DNA from: Capsulimonadales bacterium
Lineage (GTDB): Bacteria; Armatimonadota; Armatimonadia; Armatimonadales; Armatimonadaceae
NCBI GenBank assembly: GCA_033762295.1
Contig: JANRLW010000064.1
Location: 64,001-128,000, forward strand
Direction: 5' to 3'
Length of the DNA: 64,000 bases
The position numbers and the translations under genes are program-made. Under the pieces are notes generated by a model. The model was given only the letters and a program-made list of their open reading frames with translations. It did not search any database and was not told where the DNA came from. Below, piece after piece: positions 37,975 to 47,767 of this stretch. The number at the start of each line of letters is the position of its first letter. The stretch's first letter is position 1.

Positions 37975-38194
37975 AGAACCTCCTGGTTAGGGGCGAGTGA
38001 CTGCCACAAGCAAGCCCCACGACCAGTATACTACCGGTTTTCCCGAATCCGACGGGAAAATCGGCGGATTTGGCTGCCGTCGCCCAGGGATTCGAGGAGG
38101 CCGTTAGCCGGACGAATTCCGGAAAAGGTCCGTACGGTAGCGATCGTTCCCACAATACCGACCGGGCGGTATCGGAAAGTAGTCCGCAGATATT

Positions 38195-38920
38195 TCATGC
38201 GAAAACGTACATGGCCCAGCCCAGGTGCTCGCGTTCGAACTGCAGGTAGCCCTCCTGTTCCGACCGCAACGCCTTCCGGACTTCCTGCCAGTCCGGGTGA
38301 TCGGGGTTTTCCGTCAGCCAGACCATCAGTCCTGCCCAGTGATCGCTCTGGTACCGGTCCCAGTCCTCTTCGGTCGACCGGACGATCCGTTCCAGGTAGT
38401 ACCCCTCCTCCTCGGCGATGCGAAGAATCTCCACCTCGGTATGGAAGCGATACCGGACGGTCAGTTCGACCGGAACCCGGTCGTGTCGCCAGTAGGGTTC
38501 GCCGATCGCGATGCGCCGACCGGGCCTGCTGACGCGGCGGAGCGCCTGCATCGTCGGTCGAAAGCCACCGAAGACGAAGGATGCCCCGAGGCAGACGGCG
38601 TTATCGAACGAACCGTCCGACGCCGGATAGTCCGCACCGGGGCCGCAAACGATCTCGATCCGCTCCGACTGGCCGCGTTCCGCCAGACGCGCCCGCGCCC
38701 GTTCGCAGGCGTACGGGCGAATATCGACACCCACACCGGAAATGCCGAACGCCTCCGCCCAGAGCGTGAGCGGTTCGGCGAAGCCGCAGCCGTAATCCAG
38801 TACGCGGTCGCCGGGACGCAGGCCCAGATACCGACCGACTTCCACCACCTTTTCCGGCGAGGCAGGATTGATCAGCGTCATCTCCCGTTCGGCGATATTC
38901 ACACGATCAAAGAAATCCAT
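38195..38920 (-). CDS. class I SAM-dependent methyltransferase (YjhP-like)
   Basis: VLDYGCG, GVGVDI, CLGASFVFGG, IGEPYW, DWDRY. Confidence 0.88.
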   Translation of the reverse strand: MDFFDRVNIAEREMTLINPASPEKVVEVGRYLGLRPGDRVLDYGCGFAEPLTLWAEAFGISGVGVDIRPYACERARARLAERGQSERIEIVCGPGADYPASDGSFDNAVCLGASFVFGGFRPTMQALRRVSRPGRRIAIGEPYWRHDRVPVELTVRYRFHTEVEILRIAEEEGYYLERIVRSTEEDWDRYQSDHWAGLMVWLTENPDHPDWQEVRKALRSEQEGYLQFEREHLGWAMYVFA

Positions 38921-38937
38921 GCCCGTATTCTACCCGT

Positions 38938-40074
38938 CTAACGCTTGCTTTCATTGAGGTTGGTCCCACGCATCGTCTCCGCGACATTGACGAACGTATC
39001 CTTGTCCTTGATGACGGCCTGGGGCGGCAGGGTCGGGGTAAGGGTGCTGATTCCCGGCATCCTTTTGACCGCCGTCCCGATCGCCATAAACTCGATCAGA
39101 CCGCTGCCCAGTTCGTAGACATAGGTTTTGATGCCGACCACATCATCCGCGCCGAGCAGTTCGGCGTCCGCCTTGATCCGATGCAGGGCATTGTCACGCG
39201 CCTCATAGATCAGTGTGCTCATCTGCGGAATTTCGCCACGGACCAGCGAGCGAAACGCCGATGTGAGCCCGCCGACAAAACCGAGCGAGTACACCGAAAC
39301 GCCGAGGACCAGTTGCACGGGCATAAAGCCCAGATGCACGACGTTCCACATCTCCTCGTTGGTCAGGTCGCTCGTGATCGGGCTGTTGAACGATTCCGGG
39401 GGCAGACCGGCGTGGCGGGAGGCCGTTCCGACCATGATCATCTCCTGCATTCCGGCGATCGGAAGGATGGAGGTTCGTATGCCCAGGACGGCATTCGCGC
39501 CCGCATGACGGGCCTCCTCGGTGATACGCCAGAGCGCACGGTGCCGCGTTTCGTTGAAGACGTCCGAAAACTCCCGGACTTCCCCCCGTGCCAGGGAGCG
39601 GAAACCCCCGACAATCCCGCCGCCCAGCCCGATGGAGTAGGCGACATTGCCGAAAACGAAGCGAACCGGCATAAAGCCGGCGTCCAGCTGGCAGTACAGT
39701 TCCTGACCGTCCGCCGAGGAGGAGAACGCCAGCTTTTCCACCCGTTGGCCCTCATGATGGATGGAGGAGCCTATCGAAAGGAACTCGATATTTCCCGCCT
39801 GCCAGATCAGTTCGCTGCTGACACCGGTGATACCGACGCCCTGATGGCGTTCGGCTTCCCGGATCATCCGCTCCAGCGCGCTGAGACGTCCCTCCTGAAT
39901 GATCTCGGTGACCTGGGTAACCTCGCCCCCGGCAATGGTCTGCAATCCCGCGCCCAGGGTACCGACAAAACCCATCGAATAGACGCTGTTGCCGATCACC
40001 AGTTCGCCGGGTTCGAAACCCTTCAGATGCAGGCAGTACATTTCATTTCCCGATAAGCCGGTCATAATGGCCAT
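38938..40074 (-). CDS. YbjQ/UPF0145 heavy-metal-binding-domain protein with three tandem repeats
   Basis: Three copies of SxLSxxE...GNxVYSxG...GEV...R..AL.RI..EA...GA..V.G; SD GGAGG. Confidence 0.85.
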   Translation of the reverse strand: MAIMTGLSGNEMYCLHLKGFEPGELVIGNSVYSMGFVGTLGAGLQTIAGGEVTQVTEIIQEGRLSALERMIREAERHQGVGITGVSSELIWQAGNIEFLSIGSSIHHEGQRVEKLAFSSSADGQELYCQLDAGFMPVRFVFGNVAYSIGLGGGIVGGFRSLARGEVREFSDVFNETRHRALWRITEEARHAGANAVLGIRTSILPIAGMQEMIMVGTASRHAGLPPESFNSPITSDLTNEEMWNVVHLGFMPVQLVLGVSVYSLGFVGGLTSAFRSLVRGEIPQMSTLIYEARDNALHRIKADAELLGADDVVGIKTYVYELGSGLIEFMAIGTAVKRMPGISTLTPTLPPQAVIKDKDTFVNVAETMRGTNLNESKR

Positions 40075-40170
40075 GGTGTCGTCCTCCGTCCGGATTCGAC
40101 ACCGGATGCCTGCCCGCAGTTGCCGGTAACGGAAAAGGACGGCAGAGGTTACGATCGATCGGAGATTCCC

Positions 40171-40794
40171 ATGGAGATTCGAATCGAGGAGCGGTTCCCG
40201 GTGACGGAAACGGAACTGCATCGGTACGGGACGGTGCCGATCGCGTTCGCCGTTACCGCCCGGTTCGTGCCGTCCCGGATCGACGGCGGACTGGGCGGCC
40301 TGCGACTGACCGAGGCATCGGTGGAACCTCCGTACGTAAAGGACTATGACGCGATGCCCGGCGAGGGACCGCATGCCTGGGCGAGTCATTTCGATCTGTC
40401 CGGCTGGACGCTGTTTCTCGCGCTGTGCGAAACCGGTCCCGTCGGCGGCGCGGCGCTGGCGGAGAACAAGGTCGGACTCGAACTGCTCAGTCCGCGCCCC
40501 GACGCGGCCCTGCTGTATGACCTGCGCGTGCATCCCCGGCACCGGGGACAGGGTATCGGCAGGCGGCTCTTTTCGGCGGCGGAGGCACGGGCGCGTGAAC
40601 GGGGCTTTCGCTGGCTGGAGGTGGAAACACAGAACACCAATGTCCCGGCGTGCCGATTTTACGTCGCCATGGGTTGCGTATTGCGGATGATCCGGGAGGA
40701 TGCCTATCCCGACGTACCGGATGAGGCGCAGATGCTCTGGGGCAAACGGCTCCGTCAGGAAACGAATCGGGGAGGAGTGTCGCGGGTTCCGTAG
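40171..40794 (+). CDS. GNAT N-acetyltransferase (streptothricin acetyltransferase-like)
   Basis: PYVKDYD, DLRVHPRHRGQGIG, ETQNTNVPACRFY. Confidence 0.88.
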   Translation: MEIRIEERFPVTETELHRYGTVPIAFAVTARFVPSRIDGGLGGLRLTEASVEPPYVKDYDAMPGEGPHAWASHFDLSGWTLFLALCETGPVGGAALAENKVGLELLSPRPDAALLYDLRVHPRHRGQGIGRRLFSAAEARARERGFRWLEVETQNTNVPACRFYVAMGCVLRMIREDAYPDVPDEAQMLWGKRLRQETNRGGVSRVP

Positions 40795-40807
40795 ACACTC
40801 CTCCCCG
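40768..40807. terminator. 14-bp inverted repeat between convergent GNAT and GH44 genes
   Basis: CGGGGAGGAGTGTC ... GACACTCCTCCCCG. Confidence 0.55.
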
Positions 40808-40816
40808 GTAGCCGGA

Positions 40817-42556
40817 TTACAGAAGGTTCCGGTTGGGAATCTCCAGGACGTAGATGGAGTTCGCCGCGTAGCTGCCGACGACTCCGTAGGGGGTGGTCAG
40901 CCATTCGCCCAGGGAGACGATCGCGCCGGCGTTGGCCGCGCTGTAGCGATAGACTCTGGCCCGCGGTCCGGGTTTGAAACCGTTGAGGGTCAGGTTGCTC
41001 GTGACGGTATTGGCCGTTTTATTGACAATGACGACCGTCAGTGCGCCGTCGGTCGAGCGTTCGGCGGCATAGACGGACAACTGGGCCTGGTTACGGCTGG
41101 CGGCCCGGACGCTGGTCTCGCCGAAGGCGCTGCCCGCGCCGTCGTAGTTGCGGAAGATGCGGAAGGCAAATGCGCCGGGCTGGGTCGGACCGGGCGGGGC
41201 GGCCAGGGTCGCCAGATCCAAACCTTCACGACCGAAGATGCCAAGTGCGTCGGCCTGGGCCAGCGCTCCGTTAACCGACTCCAACCCGCCGAAGTTATAC
41301 GCACTGAGGGCGACTTTGGGGGAGTCATCGGGCGGGACATTGGAGAAGTAGGTGCTGACCAGTTCCCGGAGTCGGGGAATCAACCGGATGACGGCGCCGG
41401 TTTCCGTGTAGGTCGGGTCCCAGAGGGAGCGAGTGGACGCCAACCGCTGCGCCTGGGTGGTGGCGTTGCCGGCCGGAGCGAACGCGATCGGCTGACCGCC
41501 GGTTGCCGGGGCCGGGAAGTGATGCTCATCGAAGTAGTTCAGAAGCAGGACGCCTTCGGCGATGGATGCCTGGCTCATCGCCCGCAGATAGTAGGCCGCG
41601 AGCGGCAGACCGTGGGTGTTGAAGTTATCGCCGATCCGTCCGCCTGCGGTTCCGCCGATGACCGGATAACCGTAGTCGCTCGGCCCGATTATCTGGGCTT
41701 CCGGATCGATCTCTTTGATCCGGGTGGCGTAAGCGATGGAGCGGGTGGTCAGTTCGTTGAAGCCGATGGGGGCGGTCTGAACGTCGCGATGCTTGACATG
41801 CCACTGGCTCGGTTCGTGGTCCAGCTGGAAAAGGGTCAGGGGAGTTCCGTGCGTGTTGATCAGATACTGGACGAAAGCGGCCTGGTGGTCGGTGGTGTTA
41901 TCGGTATGGATGGAATCGATGTGGGCCTGAACCGCGCCGGTAATCGGCAACGGCGTTCCCGGCGTATCGTTGCGGCGGCCGTTGCCGGCGACCACGGGCG
42001 CGCCGATCGCCGGGGTGCGGGTCCTGAATGCCTTCTGCACCGGGGTGATCGACTGCGGGAAACTGCAGTCCAGAGCGTTGCCGGGAACGTTGTTGATCCG
42101 GGAGATCATCGGGATGGTGACGATGGTTCTGGCCCCGGCGTTGGTGGCACTGGTGACGAAATTGTCGACGGAGGCGGCGGCGGAGTAGGAGGCCGCCCCG
42201 TTGCCCGCGAAGAAAAAGTCGTCATCGCCGGTATTGGTCGCATCCAGTTCCCAGTTGTACCGTGTGCTTTGCGCGCCGCCGAGGCGAAGGACGGGCAATT
42301 GAAGGTCCTGTGCGAAGGCGATCAGAGCGGGATCGGCATTGGTGAGGCTGAGACCGTAGATGTCCGGGCTGATCTGATGCCGGTTCTGACGAACATCAAT
42401 CGTGAGAAGCGGGCCGGGAGCGTAGGTGACGGCGGCGTCGCCGGAAACCGCCAGGCCGGCAAAGCCCAGACCGGCGCACAGAACCACGAACGGGTTCCTG
42501 ACGCTCTTCAGAAAGGCCCGCCGCGAGGACGAACCGGTAAATCGAGGCAACGGCAT
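40817..42556 (-). CDS. glycoside hydrolase family 44 domain protein, exported, apparently lacking the nucleophile
   Basis: ISPDIYG, RLGG...TRYNW, LDHEP, STRSLWDPTY, NGALAQADALGIFGREG, FRNYDGAGSAFG; SRRAFLK N-terminus. Confidence 0.88.
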   Translation of the reverse strand: MPLPRFTGSSSRRAFLKSVRNPFVVLCAGLGFAGLAVSGDAAVTYAPGPLLTIDVRQNRHQISPDIYGLSLTNADPALIAFAQDLQLPVLRLGGAQSTRYNWELDATNTGDDDFFFAGNGAASYSAAASVDNFVTSATNAGARTIVTIPMISRINNVPGNALDCSFPQSITPVQKAFRTRTPAIGAPVVAGNGRRNDTPGTPLPITGAVQAHIDSIHTDNTTDHQAAFVQYLINTHGTPLTLFQLDHEPSQWHVKHRDVQTAPIGFNELTTRSIAYATRIKEIDPEAQIIGPSDYGYPVIGGTAGGRIGDNFNTHGLPLAAYYLRAMSQASIAEGVLLLNYFDEHHFPAPATGGQPIAFAPAGNATTQAQRLASTRSLWDPTYTETGAVIRLIPRLRELVSTYFSNVPPDDSPKVALSAYNFGGLESVNGALAQADALGIFGREGLDLATLAAPPGPTQPGAFAFRIFRNYDGAGSAFGETSVRAASRNQAQLSVYAAERSTDGALTVVIVNKTANTVTSNLTLNGFKPGPRARVYRYSAANAGAIVSLGEWLTTPYGVVGSYAANSIYVLEIPNRNLL

Positions 42557-42739
42557 GTTGAATTCCTTTCAAACGGCCAAACGGTGATCCGGAAATAATG
42601 AATAAGGTTAACCGGTTCCCGGGCGGAGTTCCGAGACCCGTTCTCGCTTAGTTTCTTCGTCTCCCGAAGAAATCCTCGTCCCCGGGCGCGGGATTCCGCA
42701 CGCAACGAAAACTTCAACGCGAGAAACCATCGGAAACCA

Positions 42740-43252
42740 TCAGCGTCGGTCGCGTTCCCAGCGTTCGATCGCGTCCTGAAGATGCTGACGGCGGTCCGAA
42801 TGGGGGTTGCGCTTCGCCTCATAGGCGATCAGACGTTCCGCCAGCGCACGGTCGCCCCGCGCCTGCTCCAGCAGCCGGTTATATAACGCTTGCTCCTCGT
42901 TGCCGGGTCGGCGAAACCCTGCGCCATTCCTCGGATTCCTGACGACAAAGAGCAAGATCAAGGCGAGAAGCAGGACGACCGGCAGACCGATGGTCGGCGG
43001 AATACCGATGGTCAGCAGTGAGGCAAACACCAGAAGTCCGGCGCCTACCGGAAGCCCGATCGTTCTCATGACGGACGGGGCGGGGGCGGAGGGGTCGTCG
43101 CGTTCCGGCAGCAGGTGGACATATTCCGCCGCCTCCGACCAGCCGGTTTCCTCATCGGAACCGCAGTGGGGGCAGGCAGGGGCCCCGCGCCGCACCTCAC
43201 CGCCGCAGTTCGGGCAGGCGAAATATTCCGGTTCCGGTGTTCGTGGTCGCAT
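42740..43252 (-). CDS. zinc-ribbon membrane protein
   Basis: CPNCG...CPHCGSDEETGWS, two TM helices, C-terminal DAIERWERDRR. Confidence 0.7.
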   Translation of the reverse strand: MRPRTPEPEYFACPNCGGEVRRGAPACPHCGSDEETGWSEAAEYVHLLPERDDPSAPAPSVMRTIGLPVGAGLLVFASLLTIGIPPTIGLPVVLLLALILLFVVRNPRNGAGFRRPGNEEQALYNRLLEQARGDRALAERLIAYEAKRNPHSDRRQHLQDAIERWERDRR

Positions 43253-43354
43253 CCTTTTCTCCCTTGGTAACGGGCGGGCGGCGACGTCGTTTCGCCGCCG
43301 CCCGCTTGCGTTCGGACGAAGGACCGTTCCCGTCCGATCCCCGTCAGTTCCCCG

Positions 43355-44779
43355 TCAGTTCCCGGCGGATGCCAGGATTTTGTCATGCTCGGCGGCGATG
43401 GTGTCGAGCGCTTCTTTCGGCTTTTTGGTGCCGGCGACCGCCTCATTCAGCTCCTTCTGCGTTACGGTCAGCAGTTCGGAGTAGTTCGGCGTGTTGTAGA
43501 AGTCCTTCAGGTAGGGGACCGACTCGGTAAAGACGACATTATACGGGGTCGCCTTCTTGAACAGGTCGGTAGCCGCCACCTTGCCGTTCGCGGTCAGACC
43601 GCCAAGCTCCGCCCACTTCTTCTGTGTCTCCTCTTTGGAGAACCAGGCCAGGAATTTCTTTGCGTTGTCCTGCTGTTTCGAGTAGGCCGACAGTGAAAGC
43701 CCCTGTCCTCCGAGAGAGATGAACTGGCCGGCGGGACCCTTCGGTACCGGGAAATATCCGGTATGTTCGGCGTGCGGATTCTTTTCCTTGTTGGTCAGGT
43801 CCGGAAGGAAGGCGAACCAGTTCTGGGCCATGGCGACCTTGCCCTGCTGAAAGTCGCGCAGACATTCGGAGAAGTAGTAGTTCTCGGAACTGGGGGGAGT
43901 GAACTTCTTCAGGCCGGCGTAGAACTCCAGCGCTTTGACGGCGGCCTCCGAATTGATCGCGCCGGTCGCCTTGTTGCCCTCGGACAGCTTGCCGCCGTAG
44001 GCCCAGAGTACCTGATCGAAGCCCATGGTGACGCCGTCGTACTCTTTGGAGTAGAACAGGGCCGCGCCGTAGAGGGGACCGGGCTGGTTCTGAGGTCGGG
44101 TGAAGAACTCGGCGACCTGCTGAAACTCGTCCCAGGTCTTCGGAACGGCAAGATCGCGCTTGTACTTCGCCTTGAACGCCGCTTTCTCCTTCGGGTCCTC
44201 GAAAAGGTCCTTCCGGTAGGCGAAGACGGTCGCATCGCTCATGCACGGGATCGCGTACAGCTTGCCGGAACCGGTCGGATACTCGCCGTAGTTCAGCAGG
44301 GCGGACCGGGCGACATCGGCTTTCGGGAAGTTGGCGGCATCCTCGGTCCACTCGGTCAACTCGACATAGTGTCCGGCGGTCGCGGCCTTCCCGAGCCACT
44401 GGGAGTCGCCGACGATCAGGTCGAACGAGGCATCCTGTCCGCTCCAGGCCGTCTTGATCTTGTTCTCGAAGTCGGACCAGGGGATCTGCTGGACCTCGAC
44501 CGCGATCCCGGTCTCTTTGGTGAAGTCCTGGGCGAGTTTTTCCAGCTGCTTGGCCGGCTCCCATTCGGCCCAGGCGACGACCAGCTTATCGCCTCCGGCA
44601 GCCGGAGCGCCGCCGCTGGCCGGGGAGGCGGCGGTCGTGTTCGGCGCGCCGCCGGTAGTTCCCGCCTCGCCCCCGCCGGAGTTATCGCCGCACCCGGCCG
44701 TCAACGCCAGTCCGGCCACAAGGGGGAAAGCCGTCAGAATGGTAAGTAGTGAACGCCGTGTTACGGAAGGGAGTGTCAC
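43355..44779 (-). CDS. carbohydrate ABC transporter substrate-binding lipoprotein
   Basis: GTG start with SD GGAGG; LTAGC lipobox; WAEWEPA, GDSQWLG, AYRKDLF, SLGGQG. Confidence 0.92.
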   Translation of the reverse strand: MTLPSVTRRSLLTILTAFPLVAGLALTAGCGDNSGGGEAGTTGGAPNTTAASPASGGAPAAGGDKLVVAWAEWEPAKQLEKLAQDFTKETGIAVEVQQIPWSDFENKIKTAWSGQDASFDLIVGDSQWLGKAATAGHYVELTEWTEDAANFPKADVARSALLNYGEYPTGSGKLYAIPCMSDATVFAYRKDLFEDPKEKAAFKAKYKRDLAVPKTWDEFQQVAEFFTRPQNQPGPLYGAALFYSKEYDGVTMGFDQVLWAYGGKLSEGNKATGAINSEAAVKALEFYAGLKKFTPPSSENYYFSECLRDFQQGKVAMAQNWFAFLPDLTNKEKNPHAEHTGYFPVPKGPAGQFISLGGQGLSLSAYSKQQDNAKKFLAWFSKEETQKKWAELGGLTANGKVAATDLFKKATPYNVVFTESVPYLKDFYNTPNYSELLTVTQKELNEAVAGTKKPKEALDTIAAEHDKILASAGN

Positions 44780-44996
44780 TGGGAGATTTCCTCCATCGAT
44801 TCGAATGTTCCGAGACGTCGGGAGACATCCGTTGGTTACCCAAGGAGTTAGGCGGATCGCCCCGAATTTCCTCTCCGATTCCTGAGGAACCCTCCGGACG
44901 CGAATCATAGTCTTGTTCCCGACCGCAGGCGGCGATGCGGAAGCGTGCCGTCCGCACCGGACCCCGCAGGGTTTCCGGAGAGAGGGAAACGCCGTC

Positions 44997-45260
44997 ATGG
45001 CAACCGATCCGCCGTCCAATGTCAAGATTTACGATCGCCCGGAGTCCAAAGCGCCCTCCCCGATGCTGATTGTCCTGGGCCTGATGGTCGCCCTGCTCCT
45101 GGGGTACGTCGTGTACCGGATGTTCTTCACGACGCCCGCCACGCCGGTGCCCTCCGCGTCGACGACGCCCTCCGTCAGCCGGTTCATGCCGAGGCTGCCC
45201 GCCCACGGGCGGGTCTTCGGGCACGCGATCCGCGTCCCCTCCGGAGCCGAACCGGTATGA
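44997..45260 (+). CDS. small single-TM protein
   Basis: MATDPPSNVKIYDRPE + hydrophobic helix; ATGA overlap with the next gene. Confidence 0.6.
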   Translation: MATDPPSNVKIYDRPESKAPSPMLIVLGLMVALLLGYVVYRMFFTTPATPVPSASTTPSVSRFMPRLPAHGRVFGHAIRVPSGAEPV

Positions 45261-45865
45261 GCGATACCGAGCCTCGCCGGGTCTACCACGGACAGGACTT
45301 TCTCGGTTTCCTGGAAGCCCCCGGGCCGGACGCTTCCGGTTTTCTGCGTATCCGCACGGAAAAGGGCGATTTCCTGCGCGTTCCCGCCTCTCTGTTGAAA
45401 ACGAGCGCCGATGGCCGGGTGCAATCGCCGATGTCGCTGCGCGAGCTGGAAATGGTGTACCGAACGGACGGTGCCGAAGTCGGGCAGGGAATCACGGTTC
45501 CCGTTGTCGCCGAGCAGGTACGGGTCGAAAAACGGACGGTCGAAACCGGAGTGATTCGCGTTCGGAAAACGATTCGGGAGGAGGTGGAGACGGTCGACGA
45601 ACCCCTCCTGCAGGAACGGGTTTCGGTGGAACGTATACCCGTCGACCGAATCTGGGAAGGTCCGTTGCCGGAACCGCGCCAGGAAGGGGATACCCTGATC
45701 ATTCCCGTCCTCGAGGAGGTTCTGGTCGTTCGCAAGGAACTCCGCCTGAAAGAGGAGATCCGGATTCGCCGTGAGCAGGAGGCGGTAAGCCGGCCGCAGC
45801 AGGTGGTTTTAAAACAGGAGAACGTGACGATTGAGCGTTCCTGGAACGCTTCGGAGGGATCGTAG
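45257..45865 (+). CDS. YsnF/AvaK (DUF2382) domain protein
   Basis: VPVVAEQVRVEKR.VETG, EGDTLIIPVLEEVLVV, LKEEIRI. Confidence 0.88.
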   Translation: MSDTEPRRVYHGQDFLGFLEAPGPDASGFLRIRTEKGDFLRVPASLLKTSADGRVQSPMSLRELEMVYRTDGAEVGQGITVPVVAEQVRVEKRTVETGVIRVRKTIREEVETVDEPLLQERVSVERIPVDRIWEGPLPEPRQEGDTLIIPVLEEVLVVRKELRLKEEIRIRREQEAVSRPQQVVLKQENVTIERSWNASEGS

Positions 45866-45909
45866 GTTTGCCTGCGATCCCGGAACTCTCATCCGGAAGG
45901 AGAAAAACA

Positions 45910-46959
45910 TTGAAGACAGTTATCGGAGCCTTTGACGATGCCAATCAGGCGGAACGCGCCGGGCAGGAACTGGTCGCGGCAGGAGTACGTCGGGACGACA
46001 TCAGCATCGTCGCCAATAACGAGGGGGGCCGGTATGCTCCCGTCAACGAACGAACTTCGGGGACGACCGATCGTGACTCCATGGGCGAGGACGTCGGTCA
46101 TGGCGCCGGAGTCGGCGCCGGCTGGGGCGCGGGGGTCGGTTTCCTGGTCGGCCTGACGGGATTGGCGATTCCCGGTCTGGGGTGGATCGCCGGCGCGGGC
46201 TGGCTGATGGGAACCGTTCTCGGAGCGGCGACCGGTGCGGTCGTCGGTGGTCTGGTCGGCGCATTGACCCATGTCGGCGTGCCCGAATCGGACGCCAATA
46301 CGTATAACGAAGCGGTGCGTCGGGGCAGCACGCTGGTCGCGGTTCGCGCGGCCGACGAGGAGGCTCACCGTATCGCCCGCATTCTGGACGACAACGGCGC
46401 GATCGATATCGACGAACGCGCGGCGCGTTTCCGAACCGAGGGCTGGATGCCCGGGTCCGCGACCGGTATCGCGCCCGCCGGGATGGGCGGAACCGCCGCA
46501 CCGCTCAGCACCTCCGCCGAGTTCGCCGACACCCACACGACGGAACGCACGACCGACCGCACGAACGACCGGTCGGGCGATATGGTGCTTCCGGTTACCG
46601 AGGAGCAGGTCGCGGTCGGCAAACGCGCGGTGGAACGGGGTGGAGTTCGCGTCTACACTCACGTAACCGAACGACCGGTGCAGGAACAGGTGACGCTGCG
46701 CGAGGAGCATGTCACCGTCGAACGCCGGCCGGTCGATCGCACGGTCGATCCGAACACCCTGCGGCCCCTCCAGGAAGGCGTCGTGGAAATCCGCGAGACC
46801 GCCGAGGTACCGGTCGTTTCCAAGGAAGCCCGTGTCGTCGAGGAGGTCGTTGTCGGCAAGACGGCGACTCAGCACACGGAAACCGTCCAGGAAACGGCGC
46901 GCCGCACCGACGTCGAGGTCGAGGAGATTACCGACCGAAATCGGCCGGCCCGTCCGTAG
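45910..46959 (+). CDS. general stress protein (17M-like/glycine zipper) + YsnF/DUF2382 domain
   Basis: TTG start with SD AAGGAG; VIGAFDD, IPGLG, YNEAVRRGSTLV, LPVTEEQVAVGKR, KEARVVEEV. Confidence 0.88.
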   Translation: MKTVIGAFDDANQAERAGQELVAAGVRRDDISIVANNEGGRYAPVNERTSGTTDRDSMGEDVGHGAGVGAGWGAGVGFLVGLTGLAIPGLGWIAGAGWLMGTVLGAATGAVVGGLVGALTHVGVPESDANTYNEAVRRGSTLVAVRAADEEAHRIARILDDNGAIDIDERAARFRTEGWMPGSATGIAPAGMGGTAAPLSTSAEFADTHTTERTTDRTNDRSGDMVLPVTEEQVAVGKRAVERGGVRVYTHVTERPVQEQVTLREEHVTVERRPVDRTVDPNTLRPLQEGVVEIRETAEVPVVSKEARVVEEVVVGKTATQHTETVQETARRTDVEVEEITDRNRPARP

Positions 46960-46982
46960 TTTTTGCCTTCGAGTCGTCAGCC

Positions 46983-47020
46983 CCGTCCCTCTCCGGTTTT
47001 CGGAGGGGGACGGACCTTTT
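46983..47020 (+). terminator. intrinsic terminator after the ysnF-like operon
   Basis: CCGTCCCTCTCCG-GTTTT-CGGAGGGGGACGG-ACCTTTT. Confidence 0.7.
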
Positions 47021-47243
47021 CCGAAGTCCCCGGCAGGCCAGGATTTACGCTTTTCCTTGACAGAGCAGACGAGCTTGTGGTAATAATCATACGAAGCGAG
47101 CATTCGTAAGGAATGGGGATAGCGTTGGGCAGTGGCGTTATTCCGAGAGAGAAAGATTCAAGGAGACAATATCCAAAATAGTATTATGGAAAGCTGCCAC
47201 AGATCAACTTTTTTCTCGTAGCCCTTACGAAGTAGGTAGCATA

Positions 47244-47660
47244 ATGTATCAAAATTTTGTCTGGCGGAATCTTCGGAAGCAGTGGAAGGCGTCCTTCAGC
47301 GCCCTGGAATCGGAGTTGTCGGAGTACGGACTGGAAGCGTACGACATGGACCGGGAGTTCCCGAAACGATTTCGGCTCTCCCCCCTGCTCGACGAACTGG
47401 CGGACGAGGAGGAACTCTGCGGAGTGTATCCGTTCGCCTCACAAAATTATTTGCGTTTCAGTTTCACCCCCGAGGGGATGCACCCCGGAAAAATGAGCCA
47501 CACGTGGGTGGAAGCCGATAACGACGGGAATTTTCATGTCTATCAGTATCGCCGGACGACGGACCGGACGGTCGACCTGATACCGGTTGTGGAAGGGGAC
47601 GCTCCGCACGTGGCCGAAACCGTGGTCCGATTGTTGCGCGAGGAGCAGCGGGAGCGTTAG
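47244..47660 (+). CDS. hypothetical protein (DUF6193-like)
   Basis: L..VYPFASQNYLRFS...VEGDAPHVAETVV pattern. Confidence 0.5.
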   Translation: MYQNFVWRNLRKQWKASFSALESELSEYGLEAYDMDREFPKRFRLSPLLDELADEEELCGVYPFASQNYLRFSFTPEGMHPGKMSHTWVEADNDGNFHVYQYRRTTDRTVDLIPVVEGDAPHVAETVVRLLREEQRER

Positions 47661-47739
47661 GCCGCAAAGGCATCGGAAGAGGGGCGGGACCGTCCGTAGT
47701 CGGACGATTTCCCCCTCCGCCTTGCCATCCCCGTGACAT

Positions 47740-47767
47740 GGGCGACCACGGGCGACCGTGGTCGCCC
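47740..47767. repeat. perfect REP-like hairpin
   Basis: GGGCGACCACGG-GCGA-CCGTGGTCGCCC. Confidence 0.6.

Noticed and set aside
44969..44990. SigB-like GTTT...GGGAAA upstream of the ysnF-like operon
   Set aside because: Spacer of 9 nt is far too short and the site overlaps the ribosome-binding region.
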